A DNA stretch of 64,000 nucleotides from Chrysomallon squamiferum (taxonomy: Eukaryota > Animalia > Mollusca). The notes under the pieces are model-generated. The model searched no databases. It was given only the letters and a program-made list of their open reading frames with translations, and was not told the DNA's origin. Positions 13,400-25,700 of this stretch are shown piece after piece. Within the stretch, counting starts at the first letter, position 1. Each line of letters begins with the position of its first letter. The position numbers and the translations under genes are program-made. The stretch is taken from the NCBI GenBank assembly GCA_012295275.1, contig CM022672.1:12214001-12278000 (forward strand). Reading direction: 5' to 3'.

Positions 13400-15202
13400 T
13401 TTCAATCTACTTTTAATATTTTTAATTTAATTTTAGATTCCTGGACCACCATATCGACCAATTGTTGGGAATATGTTTGATGCCTTGAAACATGAAGCTA
13501 TGACAAATACAATAAAGTAAAAATATATTAAAACCTGAATAGACTTTTAAAAAAAATATATATTTATTCCTGTCAGTATAAAATCATGCAAGGAACGTAT
13601 TTTGTTGGATTTTTGTAATTATTAATACAGAAAAATATTAATAAATTGATAATATATTGTCAGTGGAACATTCACATCTTAAATAATTTGCTTAATTACT
13701 ATCCACAATATATACAATACACATGTAAAAAAATATCAAACAATTAATAATTACTGTTATCTAATTTAAACCAAAAAAAATGCTTTTGTTTTTCTTTTTT
13801 TCAACAAAATCATTTACTTCATAAAATAAAAAAATTAAAAAAATTACATCGTAAATGATTATACTTTAAAAAATAATACATAAATTTAGCATTTTTTAAA
13901 GTATGTAATTATAATAATAAGATTCAAGCACCATCATCATCATCATCATCATCATGACCATTATCATGAAGCTGTAGTGTCCCAATTTTGGTTGATAGCC
14001 TCGGCATGCTGTTACTTCATCTTCCTGAATTGCACTGTGCTTTGACAAAATTATATCTCCTTATCAGCACTTATCTGAATCATCGCTCCATTCTCTCACT
14101 GGTCTTTGTCTAGATTGTTTCCCTTCAAATAATTATATCTATTTTTTTTTTTAATATACATTGCCTGTATTTGTATTTATTTGTATTTTAGATGGATGAA
14201 GCAGTACAAAAGTCGTTTTATCCGATTCTATTTTCTTAATGGACAGGAGAACCTGCTTGTAGCTGATCCAGAGATTGTGAAATACATCAACGTCACAAAC
14301 AGTAAAAACTATGGAAAAGTTGATATGTAAGAATTCACTGGTTATTAAATTATTACCTTTTTTTTTGGTTTGATTTAATTTTAATTTTTTTAATTTTTAA
14401 TTTGCTTTAAATTATTTTTATGTTTTTAACTTCATTTTGAAAAAAAAAAAGAAAAGGAAAAAAAAAAGAAGCTGATATTTTTATTTTTTTTATTTAAAAA
14501 AAAAAATGAGATTTAAAAAAATATTAAAACAAAGTGTCAATTTTATTTTTATTTTTAATTTTATGTTTTGTAAATGCTTTTGTAAAAATATTTTATTCCT
14601 TTATTTTTATTTATTTATTTATTTTAATATTTTTATCCTTTTTAACATCAAATTCAGTTTAATTTATTATATAGGAATCGATTTAATTAACTTTTTATTT
14701 TTATATTTGTTTTAAACACGTATATAAAAAATCCAGAAACCTAAGGATTAATTATTTAATTAGTTATTTAAATTTATTTAATTTAATTTTGTAATTTAAT
14801 TAAACTTAAAAAGTAAAAAAAAAAAAATTATTTAATTTTATTTAATTTGCATTCAATTTCATTTTGCAAAATTAGAATACAGCCAATACTGAAACAAATA
14901 AATAAGAAATCAGGGTAATCAAAAAACAAAAAAACAAAACAACAGAATTTAAAATTGTATTCTGTTCTATTCTGTTTTCTTATTGTTTCTCTGTGCTACG
15001 AAAACTGTTTCAGAAAAGTGCTGCTGAATGGAACAGTGAAAGACTTTGTCCTGTCTCTTGACGGTTCCGCTCATCACGCCTTAAAGAAATTGCTCAATCC
15101 TTCTTTTAAACTCAAAGTTGTTGAAGGTAAACATTCATTATGTAAAAGTACAAACTGTAACAATAGAAATTATTTATATTAATAAGAGTATTAAAATTAT
15201 CA

Positions 15203-15233
<31 letters not shown>

Positions 15234-18200
15234 TTACAGTCAATATGTCTAAGCATTGTTGTGTATTAAATTATTAATTTAAGGAAAGTATAACATTTTC
15301 AGACAATATTCCTAAAAGTGCTAAGTATTTAAATTACTAATTTAAAGAAAATGTTGATTTTTCCGGATAATATTTCATGTTTTACCAAGTATTTAAAATA
15401 TTAAATTAAAGAAAAAGATTACAATTTCAGACAGTGTTCCATGTTTTGCTGAGTTTGCTGAGAAGCTGGTGTCAGTGTGGAATCAGCAGATAGAGGAAAG
15501 AGGGGAGCCAGCAGTGGTGAAAGCACAGATATACATGACTGCCGTGGTAACCATTTATTTTAGTAGCTTCCTTGAAAATAAAATTCCATAAATAAACCCA
15601 AAGAAAAATATTTTTTTATTTAAAATAATAATTATGTAATAACTATAATTAAAAAAAACCCCAAGAAACAAACAAAACAACAACAACACAATTGAAAAAA
15701 AACGAAGAAAAAAAAACGAAACGAAGAAGGAAACCATACCCCTTAAAATAAAATAGCTACATTTATTATTAACAGTTGTTTAAAATGTAAATCATATACC
15801 CCTATCACTGGAACCATGTATTATTCAGTTTATTTGCACATAAATTAAACAGGCTATATATTTTTACTTAAATAATTTAGATATTTTTGTTTTTAGACTT
15901 TGGATGTGATTTGCATGTGTGGATTTGGTTACAGTATGAATGCGATAGAAAATCCAGAAAAGGCTGGGGTCTATGCTTTCAAGAGACTTCTGTTTGGGGA
16001 GCAGGTTAGGTGAGTATGCCCAAATGTTTCAAAAATGCCTTACCTTCCTTTCAAAAATTAAATATAAACCAAAATAATTATCTTTAGTTAATTGGAGTTA
16101 TCTTCCCTATTATTTGTTCAAAAATTATTGCAGCTGACCACTTAGAAAAATCTTTTTCATTTAGAGATGCACTACTTTTTAATAATGAGATCTTAATTCA
16201 GATAGATGTAAAAGTCTATATTTTGTATGCTATAATATACAGAGATGTGCTATTCATGACAACACAACTTAATCCATATACAAAATACAGACTGAGTAAT
16301 TATTGTAATTAAATTAAATTTAAAAACAAATAAGAAGAAAATGCCTAATAAATAGTTAGGGACCTGTATGATAATTTTTCTACTTTTCCATTTTGTTTTA
16401 GAAAACTGTTTGCTTTCTTTACAGACTTACTAATCTGATTCCATTCTTGAAATTAATTCCATCCAAGGAAAAAACACAAAGGAAAAAAGACATTGCACTT
16501 CTCAAGTGAGACTTTTGTTTTATTTGTATTTTAAATTGATTATTGTGAGAGTTGCATTTCACACTGGTATAAAATTTTAATCGTTTTACCTTGAATGTCA
16601 CAGTCTCTTACCTGCCTTAATGCAGAATAAGAATTGACATTAATGATTCTTTGAAGGTAAATCAAATCAATTTAATTTAGAAAATAATAGTAAACTAAAG
16701 ATATAAGGCATAATGTCTTTCCACTTGGATAGACTCAGTTATTAACATCATTAACAAGTTTGTTCTTGCCATAAACAAAACAAACACACACACACACACA
16801 CATACACACAGACAGACAGACACAGATACTACAGTTGTTTATGTAGGATATAAATAAGAAGAAATTTTCAAAACATTCTAAAATTACTGGGACAATTATT
16901 TCATCATATTTCTAAATTATTCTCTTTTATACACATTTTATTTCACAGCATTCAGCATTTGCTTGAATGAGTAGTTAATCTTTTTTCTGTATTCTCTTTT
17001 TCTCAGATCCATTGTAATGAATGTTCTTTCAGAACACAAACAGATGCTGAAGGATAATCCTGAAGCTTTGAGTAAGATATTTTAATCACACCTTGTACAA
17101 ATATAATCAAATCATTTGAAGAAATAAAGCTTTTGTTATACTTTTATATAAAAATAAATAAAACAAAAACTTTGTTGATTCAGTGAAATAGTCTATATTT
17201 ATTCTCTGAATATGTCCAAGTTAGGTTTTATTATTATTTTTCTGTTGTCCAGTTGTCCAGTCTTAATTAATAATACAAATAAATAGTCTAAATATATTCT
17301 ACATGAAAGAATGTATGTCCAAGTTATGATTTATTAATATCAAGTTTTCTAATAATGAAATATAAAAACAAAAGTTTAAAAATGTCTGGTTTCTGCATTA
17401 TTTCTCTTTTTATGACATGATTACATACTGATCAGAGCAATCTGCTGTAAAGTTTTTTCCAGTGTTGTAAGAAAAAGGATATCTACTAGTCTGCCATTTT
17501 TGTCTTTGACATGGCAAATCTAATTGTAAAATTTTACAATGGCAACATTCAGATTTTTCTTTTATTGTTATATTTTGTTATGACCATTATATTACACCAT
17601 TTATTCTTATCACCGACATGTATTTTAGTTTTTAATTTTTTCACTTTTTAAAAATTCTTCTTCTTTAGAAATGAAGAGCAACAGCAATCTTCTAACATCT
17701 CTTGTTTTGGCACATGATGAAAATGGCAATCCTTTGAATGATGAAGTCATTTTTTCTAATGTTGCTGGATTCATGTTTGCTGGGTTTGAGGTGAAAAATA
17801 ATTTTCTTTTGTTTTCTGGTCTTGAGTTTTAAAGCACATTGAAATCCCAGAGTGATACTGACCTAATTAAGGCACAATTTAATGCAGTACCCAGAGTTTC
17901 TTGATAGAATTTTCTGAAAGAATTCACAACTCTGCCTACTTCTAACTGAAAATAAAGTTTACTGAGCTTATTGACATTTAACAAACTAATTGTCTGCAAT
18001 ATATATTGAAAATATCAAAGGTATAACAGGTAAAATATTTTTAATATTTCATTTTTAGAACAGGACCTTAGTCAACTTGGTTTTTTTTAAAAAGTGAAAT
18101 GAATTCCATTACATATTACAGTATCTTTATTAATATTCACGATTCAAATAAAATTCATGATCTGTTAATCATCTAGGATATGTTTGATTTACCTTCTTTT

Positions 18201-20571
18201 ATTTTATGAGGTCAGTTTTTATACAGTAATGTAAATACTTTATTATCTTCAAAGACTGATGTTAAAAGTAATGAATAAAACAGTTAGTTGGAAAAATATT
18301 TAGCTTATTCTACCATAATAACATTCAAATATGTTACTAAGTTTACCAATAACAGCAAATATTGAAATTATAGGAGAAATAGACAAGCATTGTAGATGAT
18401 ACAATATATTGTAGAATTTCTTACAAATTCAGTGTATTGTGACTGATAAAGTTGTCTTTATAGCTATACAGGAAGTTATTGTTTGTGAAAGCTGTGGTGG
18501 TCACTAAAGGTACTAAAGATGTTATGAGGTTTTTATCAGATTTTCTTTGTTCAATTTATTCAGACAACCAGCCATTCACTGACGTGGACTCTGTTAAATT
18601 TGGCTCAGCATCCTGACTGTCAGGAGAAAGCCAGAAAGGAAGTGATGTCACAGATAACAAAAGGTCAGCCAATCACTGCAGAAGATTTGGAAAAGATGCC
18701 ATACACAGCCTGCTGCATCAAAGAATCTCTGAGGTAGAAACTGAACTTTAAACCAAAACACATTAATAACTAATATAGTAATTATAATTAATAATAATAA
18801 TAATAACAGAAGCAGCAATAGTGGTAGTAGTAGTTGTATTACTAATAACAGTAACGAAAGCAATATTTATAAATTATGCTTTCAACTTCGTATTATTGTA
18901 ATCATTATGATTTTGAGTAATATGTTTAGACATTTAGCCTTTTACATACAGAGTGACTACAAATTGTACATTTCCAGGAATTTGATCAAACAGTAAATTC
19001 ATATTTTAATTTATGAAAACTACAGTTCTTTGCAAGTTAATTAAAAATGGTGACTTTCTAGTTAAAGTTAATGTTTGCAGAGAATATTTGAAGGTAATAT
19101 TATCAATATGTTATAACTGGAAGTGGTACTATGCATGTATTATAAACAGAGATAATATTATCTATATATTATAAGCAAAGGTAATATTTGAGATATATTA
19201 TAAATAAAGATAATTTTTTATGGATTATATTATAAGCAAAGATAATATTTGAGATACATTATAAATAAAGATAATTTTATGGATTATATTATAAGCAAAG
19301 GTAATATTTGAGATATATTATAAATAAAGATAATTTTATGGATAATTTATACATCATGTTTTTGTTCATTTTAGACTGTTTCCACCTTTAACTGCGTACT
19401 GGAGAAAACCAATACATGATGATGTCATAAAAGGTTATTTTATTCCTAAAGGCACACCTATAGGGATTAGTGTTGGAGCTCTTCATAGGTGAGATAGATA
19501 AACTGTATATGAGACAGAAAAAGAACATTCTATGTAATATGTTTTTAGCTTATTTGAGACTTTGGAATTGGTGATTAAGTTGCAATAAAAACAGTCTAGC
19601 AAGTTCTGAAAAATATAGTTCATAATTTTTCAAATTTTAATTATTGGAATACTTGTATAACCTATTATGTCCCAAATGCTGTTTAATCTCTGATTTACTT
19701 ACTGCTAGACATACTCTCAGATTATGGTTGTTCTATTTCAAGAATATTTTATTTAATCAGACATTCACACTTGATCTATGTGTCCTTCATGCCACCATTT
19801 TAAACTGCATTTACACCAGCCACTGAAAAGTATATAAGTGGTTAGAATCATGCAATAAAAATTAAAGGACTATAAATTTTGATACATCTTAAACTGTTTC
19901 AGGTTAGCTTCAAAAATGTTTCTTTTTTTTTTTTTTCTTAATTTTTTTTTTTTTCTCATAGGTTAGCTTTAATAATAGCATCAAAATCATCAGTATTTAT
20001 TTGAAATAAAATTATTATGTATTTTTGAATAGGAACCATTAAAAAAACTGGAAACCCATTAATGGTTACCAGAGGTCATGTTAATAAACTTCTTCGTATA
20101 CTTGCAAATTGTTATTTTATTGTTTTGGTCCAGCCTATGATTGCAATCTCTTCACACATAGACTTTAAATAATCTAAGTGACACTAAAGCCAATTTTTAC
20201 TGATTCTGAAGATTTTACTCTTTCTTATTTTTTGCTTAAAATTCAAAATATTTCTGTCGAAGACCTTTGATTCTTTACTCTGTAATCAATTTTATTTGTA
20301 TTTCAGACTGCCTGAAAACTGGGATGACCCAGATTCATTCAAGCCTGAAAGATTCATGGAGCAAATCCCACATTACAAATACATACCTTTTGGCATTGGT
20401 CCATACATGTGTCTTGGGAATAGATTCTCAATGATGGAGTCCAGAACTATTCTTGCTGTTCTGCTGCAAAATTTTAGATTTGAGATGGTTCCTGGCTTCA
20501 CTTTCAAGAGGATTGCAACACCAGTAATGCAACCAAAACCACCTCTGATTCTTAGAGTTTCTAGAGTGTAA
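12772..20571 (+). CDS. Microsomal cytochrome P450, 508 aa, 12 coding exons (clan not firmly assigned; CYP4/CYP46/CYP3-like features)
   Basis: Exons 12772-12924, 13437-13516, 14192-14326, 15014-15126, 15431-15546, 15897-16009, 16425-16505, 17007-17071, 17669-17790, 18564-18733, 19375-19488, 20307-20571; all phases consistent, total 1527 nt. Motifs: N-terminal TM helix, IPGPP hinge, TLDVIC, I-helix FAGFE|TT, K-helix ESLR, PERF, heme loop FGIGPYMCLG. Confidence 0.95.
13930..14130 (-). mobile_element. 5'-truncated, degenerate RTE-type LINE 3' end in P450 intron 2
   Basis: The minus strand translates FEGKQSRQRPVREWSDD, resembling the GxRxRGRPxxxWxDD motif at the end of RTE-clade ORF2. It is followed by stops and ends in a (GAT)n tail ((CAT)n on +, 13932-13955). 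Confidence 0.5.
19138..19345. repeat. Minisatellite, about 60-bp unit made of two ~30-bp subunits, about 3.5 copies
   Basis: Recurring tattataagcaaaggtaatatttgagatatattataaataaagataattttatggatta in P450 intron 10. Confidence 0.85.
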
Positions 20572-22019
20572 TTTCAAAACTGGAAGATTGGATTGGTGGT
20601 TTTGTAATTTTATAGAAACTTGCACATGAACATTTCAGAAATGGTTATTGATGTAAACTCATTTAAAAGAAATTGGTGATTTCTATGAAAATAATGCTGA
20701 CATCTCTGGAGATGATAAATTTGTGTACATAAAAGATAATTATATGTGGACATATTTGTGTGTAAAAAATTCTAACCTTAATATTTTGTTTTATCATGTG
20801 AATATTAAATATGCGATATACTCCACTGACATTTTATACCATTTTCATAACAATAAAGTATATGTAAATATATTATTATTATTAGTAGTAGTAGTAGCAG
20901 TAAACATATTTTATTTAATATAGAAAAACTGACCAAAACCTTGACAATAAATACATTCTTGAAGTCTTTCATAAATTTTATAAAACAAAAGATAATAATC
21001 AAGTTTAGAGATCTGGTCATAGCAGAGACCAAGTCAGAACTTGAATTAATTAACCACTTTGAATGTAGCAAGATAAAAAGAAATGTAAAAAAGAAAGAAA
21101 AGGGGAAGAAGAAAAAAAAAAATAAAATAAAAAATAAAACCACTCCCTATATGGTGAACTAAAATCAACAATAAATTTGTATTCTATTAAATATTTTTAT
21201 ATATATATATATATATAGTCTTTCTAAATTTTTTCAGAAATTACTGAAAGCACTGAAAAAGATACTTGTATGAAATTCCATCAAACTTGAAAACAATTTG
21301 GTGGCACTATGAAATATAGTAAAAGAGTACTTTTATTGCATTTGAAAGTGATAACAATGAACAAGAGAAATTAATTATTTTTTATATATATTATTATTAT
21401 TGTTATTATTATATATTTTTAAAATTTATTAACAACAACAACAACAAAAAAAGAATAATGATAATTCGAGATTTAATCAATTAAATACTTTGTTAAAATA
21501 TTTGTTTCTCGAAATGCATTAACAATTCAATAAACAACGCGCATGGAATAATCTAATAACCCAAGTATTAGGATAAATTAAATAATAAAAAAATAATAAA
21601 CAAAAATAAATAAATAAATTGTAATTCGTTAACTGGCGAATATACATTGTTATATAAAATCATACTGTATTTTATCTTTAAAAATAATAATAATAAAAAA
21701 TAAATAAATAAAATATGTAAATTAATTAAATAAATTAAAATAAATAAAGTAATAAATAAAACAATTTTTTAAACTTATAAAACATATTTTATAATCGTAT
21801 CTAATTTATTTATTGCGGAAAACGTTCCGATCATTCCTTCCGTTCTTTTTTTTATTTTTTAAATTTATTTATTATTATGATTTATTTTATAATTAGACAA
21901 AATAAATATGTTTTCTAGAGTCAAAACATCACTATAAAAAAAAAAAAAATCTATGACTTCAAAAATATATATATAAAAATCGATTTTAAAACAGCGATAA
22001 ATTATAACAACGCTCTATC

Positions 22020-22180
22020 TATTCTCGCACTAATTATAACTAGTGATAAGCGGAAGAACTACTTTCAACGTGGTCCAAAAATATTTGAACAACATAATAA
22101 TAATAATAATAAAAAAAATAAAATAATTAATTAACTATTTTGTAAAAAAGTGATTATAACTAATAAGAGACAAATAATAG
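22020..22180 (+). promoter_or_regulatory. Probable promoter and 5'UTR exon of the ARM-Tudor-Schlafen gene
   Basis: ETS-like GCGGAAG near 22050, local CpGs, and a strong donor ag|gtaagg at 22180/22181. Acceptor ttttag at 22740 precedes the ATG at 22756. Confidence 0.4.
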
Positions 22181-22755
22181 GTAAGGAATCATGTTCTGAT
22201 ACTAATTAAATGAAATTATTCTAACAACGAGCCCAGCATCTTAAAGCCAGAAAATCATCGAGTAAATTTTGTTACATTTAGTTTAATATGTTTTTTTTTT
22301 TTTCTTTTTAAAAATTAATAACAGTCCACGTGTTATAATTAAAAACAAAAATTTTGTTGGAGTATTATAACAAAAACGTTTTTTAATTTTCAATTTCGAT
22401 TTGACAAGATAAAACTGAAGGCTTGAACAAGAAGATGATGGAGCTAAAAGAATTAGGAAAATCAAAAAAATAATAATAATGTTCCCAATGAAAAAATTTC
22501 AAAACCAAATGAAAGAAAAACAAAACAAAACGGTTATGATGATAACAGATAATAAATAAATAAATAAACAGAAGCAACAATATTTAAAAAATTAAGTAAA
22601 AACGAAACAAAACTCCCACAAAACAAAAAAGAACAAAAAATACTCTATTACACAGACTACCTAGTTTATCATTATAAACCATATTTCAAATAAAACTTGA
22701 TACTGATATGCTTTTTATTACTTTATTACATTTGTTTTAGCAATTCTAGGAAGCC

Positions 22756-25700
22756 ATGTCAGAGTTGTTTTCATTCACCACATCTGAAAACAGTGTCCAG
22801 TGTTCCATCCTGAGATACTTACTGGACCTGCTTGCAGAGGATAGAAATCCCACTGTAAGATGTGCAACCATGTGTATCCTTGTGGACATCTTCAAAGCAG
22901 ATACTTCAGAGAAAAGCATCAAGAACTGTTTAGAATTGGGTTTAATAAGTGTCCTTAGAGAGGCCATCAGCTTACAGTTAAAGCTTGATAAATGTGATCT
23001 GATGACAATTATGCATCTGAAATGTGTTGTTAAGATTATCTGGCAGATTTCGCTGCTTCACAATGTGGTACTGAAGGAATGTTTTTCTTCTTCATTTCTG
23101 GAAGATTTGTGGGTTTGTCTTCAGTCAAATGGACCTTTTTTTGGGTACTCTTTGGCATTTTCTAACAAGCTGGAAGAAATTTGTAAAAAGAAATATATTG
23201 CTGGGAAATGTAAACCTTTGAAGATGACAGCTGCTATTTCAGAGGAATTGAAAAAGTATAACTTTTTCGAGAACTACCATGAACTTCCAAAGAGGTTGTA
23301 TGAATGCAAGCTCATTGATTCCAGTGAGGGCAAGGAAATGAATATTTCTGATTATTTGATTGAATTAAACTTAGCTTGGCCATCAGATGAAATGAGTGAA
23401 TTTGATTCTGAAACATCCAGAGACATTTTTATCACTGAAGTAATTGCAGGATGTTACTTCTGGGCCCAGGTTGGACAGGCAACAGTATCAAAAAGTCAGA
23501 AGATCAGTTCCATAATCAGTTCTTACAGATCAAATCTTCGTAAATCGTTGTGCAAAACAGGTGAACTTGTGGTAGTAGTGACCAATACAGATGGGCTTGA
23601 GGTTTGTTACAGAGCTAGAGTGATAAGTTATAATCATGGTCAAGTGAAGGTGTTTGCATTTGACTTTGGTTTCACAGGTTTTGTCCACGAGAACGATGTG
23701 TTCGCTTTGCCAGTTGTGGTGGGAATGCTGGAATTTCCAGTGCTAGCTTCTCTTTGTGTTCTATCAGGTAAATTAATCAAAGAATATTTAATTTAGAGTA
23801 GATCTGTTTTTCTTTTTATATTAATAAACTTAAATTTATTTAATTATTTATTCATTTATTTTTTATTTAATTTTATTTTTATTCTGTTTTATTTTGTTTT
23901 TAATTTTTTTTAGAGAATATATATAATTAGTTTATGTTACAAGATATATAACTGGTTAATGTCAACAACTAATTATAAAAAATTGTTTTTCTAGGTGTAA
24001 AACCCTCACCTGTTGACTCATATTTAGTATCAACTGTTGCTGCTGCAATCTGCAATTTAATCAGATTTAGCTATGCTAACTGTGGGTATTTTAAATAAAA
24101 TTATCTGAATTATATCATTAAAAAGCACGCTAATATTTAATACTCACAGATGACTAATATAAATTTAACACTAAAATATTAATTAATTTTATCTATCACA
24201 ATTAATTAGAATAGATAATAATTGATTTTTATTATAATACATTAATTAATGATAAAAGAAATTTATGTTAATTAATGAACATTACAGGTTATTCAAATTT
24301 ATTTAAATGTAATTAATAAAAATTAAGTGTAATTATTAATTATTGAAATTAAACTTAACTGTAATTATTAAACTTTGTAGGCCTAACACTGATAACTTTG
24401 GGAGCACCAGACAATATGTTGCCACTACTAAAATATCCCAATCCAACCATCATCATTCAGATTCTGAGAATTATCAACAACATTACTCGCAGTTCAGCAC
24501 ATAAGAAATCAATGTCCTTGAAAACTCTTGTTACTGTTCTGGGTAACGCTTCATTTTCACCTATCTATTCAGTTTGTATTGCATGTTGATCACAAACTGC
24601 TTAAAATGAGCTGTTGTATTCTAATATACAACACACTCACTTTAACCATGGCTTTATCCAGGATTTCAGAAAAGAGTATGTTTAGTCAGTGACAAATCAG
24701 GATGTCAGAAAAATGTTGGATTGGTGGTTAATTTTTTACTGTAGCAGATATTTTACAATTTATATATTGTTATTGGAATGTTTCATTTATGTTAAGTAGA
24801 AACCTGTACATGTGTTATGTTAACATTTACACCTAAAATCACAAATAATTAATTTTGTCCTGGCATAAATTAAATAATATATGAATCTTATTATCATTGC
24901 CTGTATAACAGAAACCTTTGTGATAATATGTAAAGGTTAATATTATTTACAAAACTTATTTACAAGTGCATATGTATCAAAGGAGACTACAGTTTAAAGT
25001 TATATCTTACAAATGTATTATTTTCAGTTACTTCTGCTTCTGAATCTGTCTTTATTCTGTTCTCAAAATGTTAATACAGATCTCTGCAAAACTGTTATCT
25101 CAGACGATAAATTGCCAAGCAAAATGAACTGTTGGATTGTTGAAGGTTGTCTTGCATGCATTGCTAATCTACTGAAGCTCAATTGTCAGTATAGAGATGA
25201 ATTCCAGAATAAACAAGGTTTGTCTTGCTAAGTAACTGCCGAAAAGTTTCAGTAATAGTTTTTCAGCAGTGGAATGTGGAGACTGCTTAGCTGTGATGAG
25301 CAGATGAGTTGATATACTTGAAAGTACCTAAATTTGGGACATATACAAAGTTTTCAATATATTTAACTAGATTAAGTCAAAATAGTGAGTTTCAACAATT
25401 CTGTAAAATGTTATTTTATAATTCTTTCTGTCTCTCTCATGAAAACCCCAGAAATGTGCAGTGTACAGATATTTTGCATATAGACTTTTTGTCTGCAGTG
25501 ATAATCTGAGTTCAGTGAAAAATAAGAAAATATGTTTGTTTGCAAATGCAGTCAGTCAGTTATTAATGTAGTCCATCATTTTTGCTATTGTTTTGAAAAT
25601 GTTAAGATTATGAATTCATTATTCAACAAAATATTTCAAGGTAGATCTTATATTTTATGAATATATTTTATTTATGATTATAATTTATACACATATGCAG

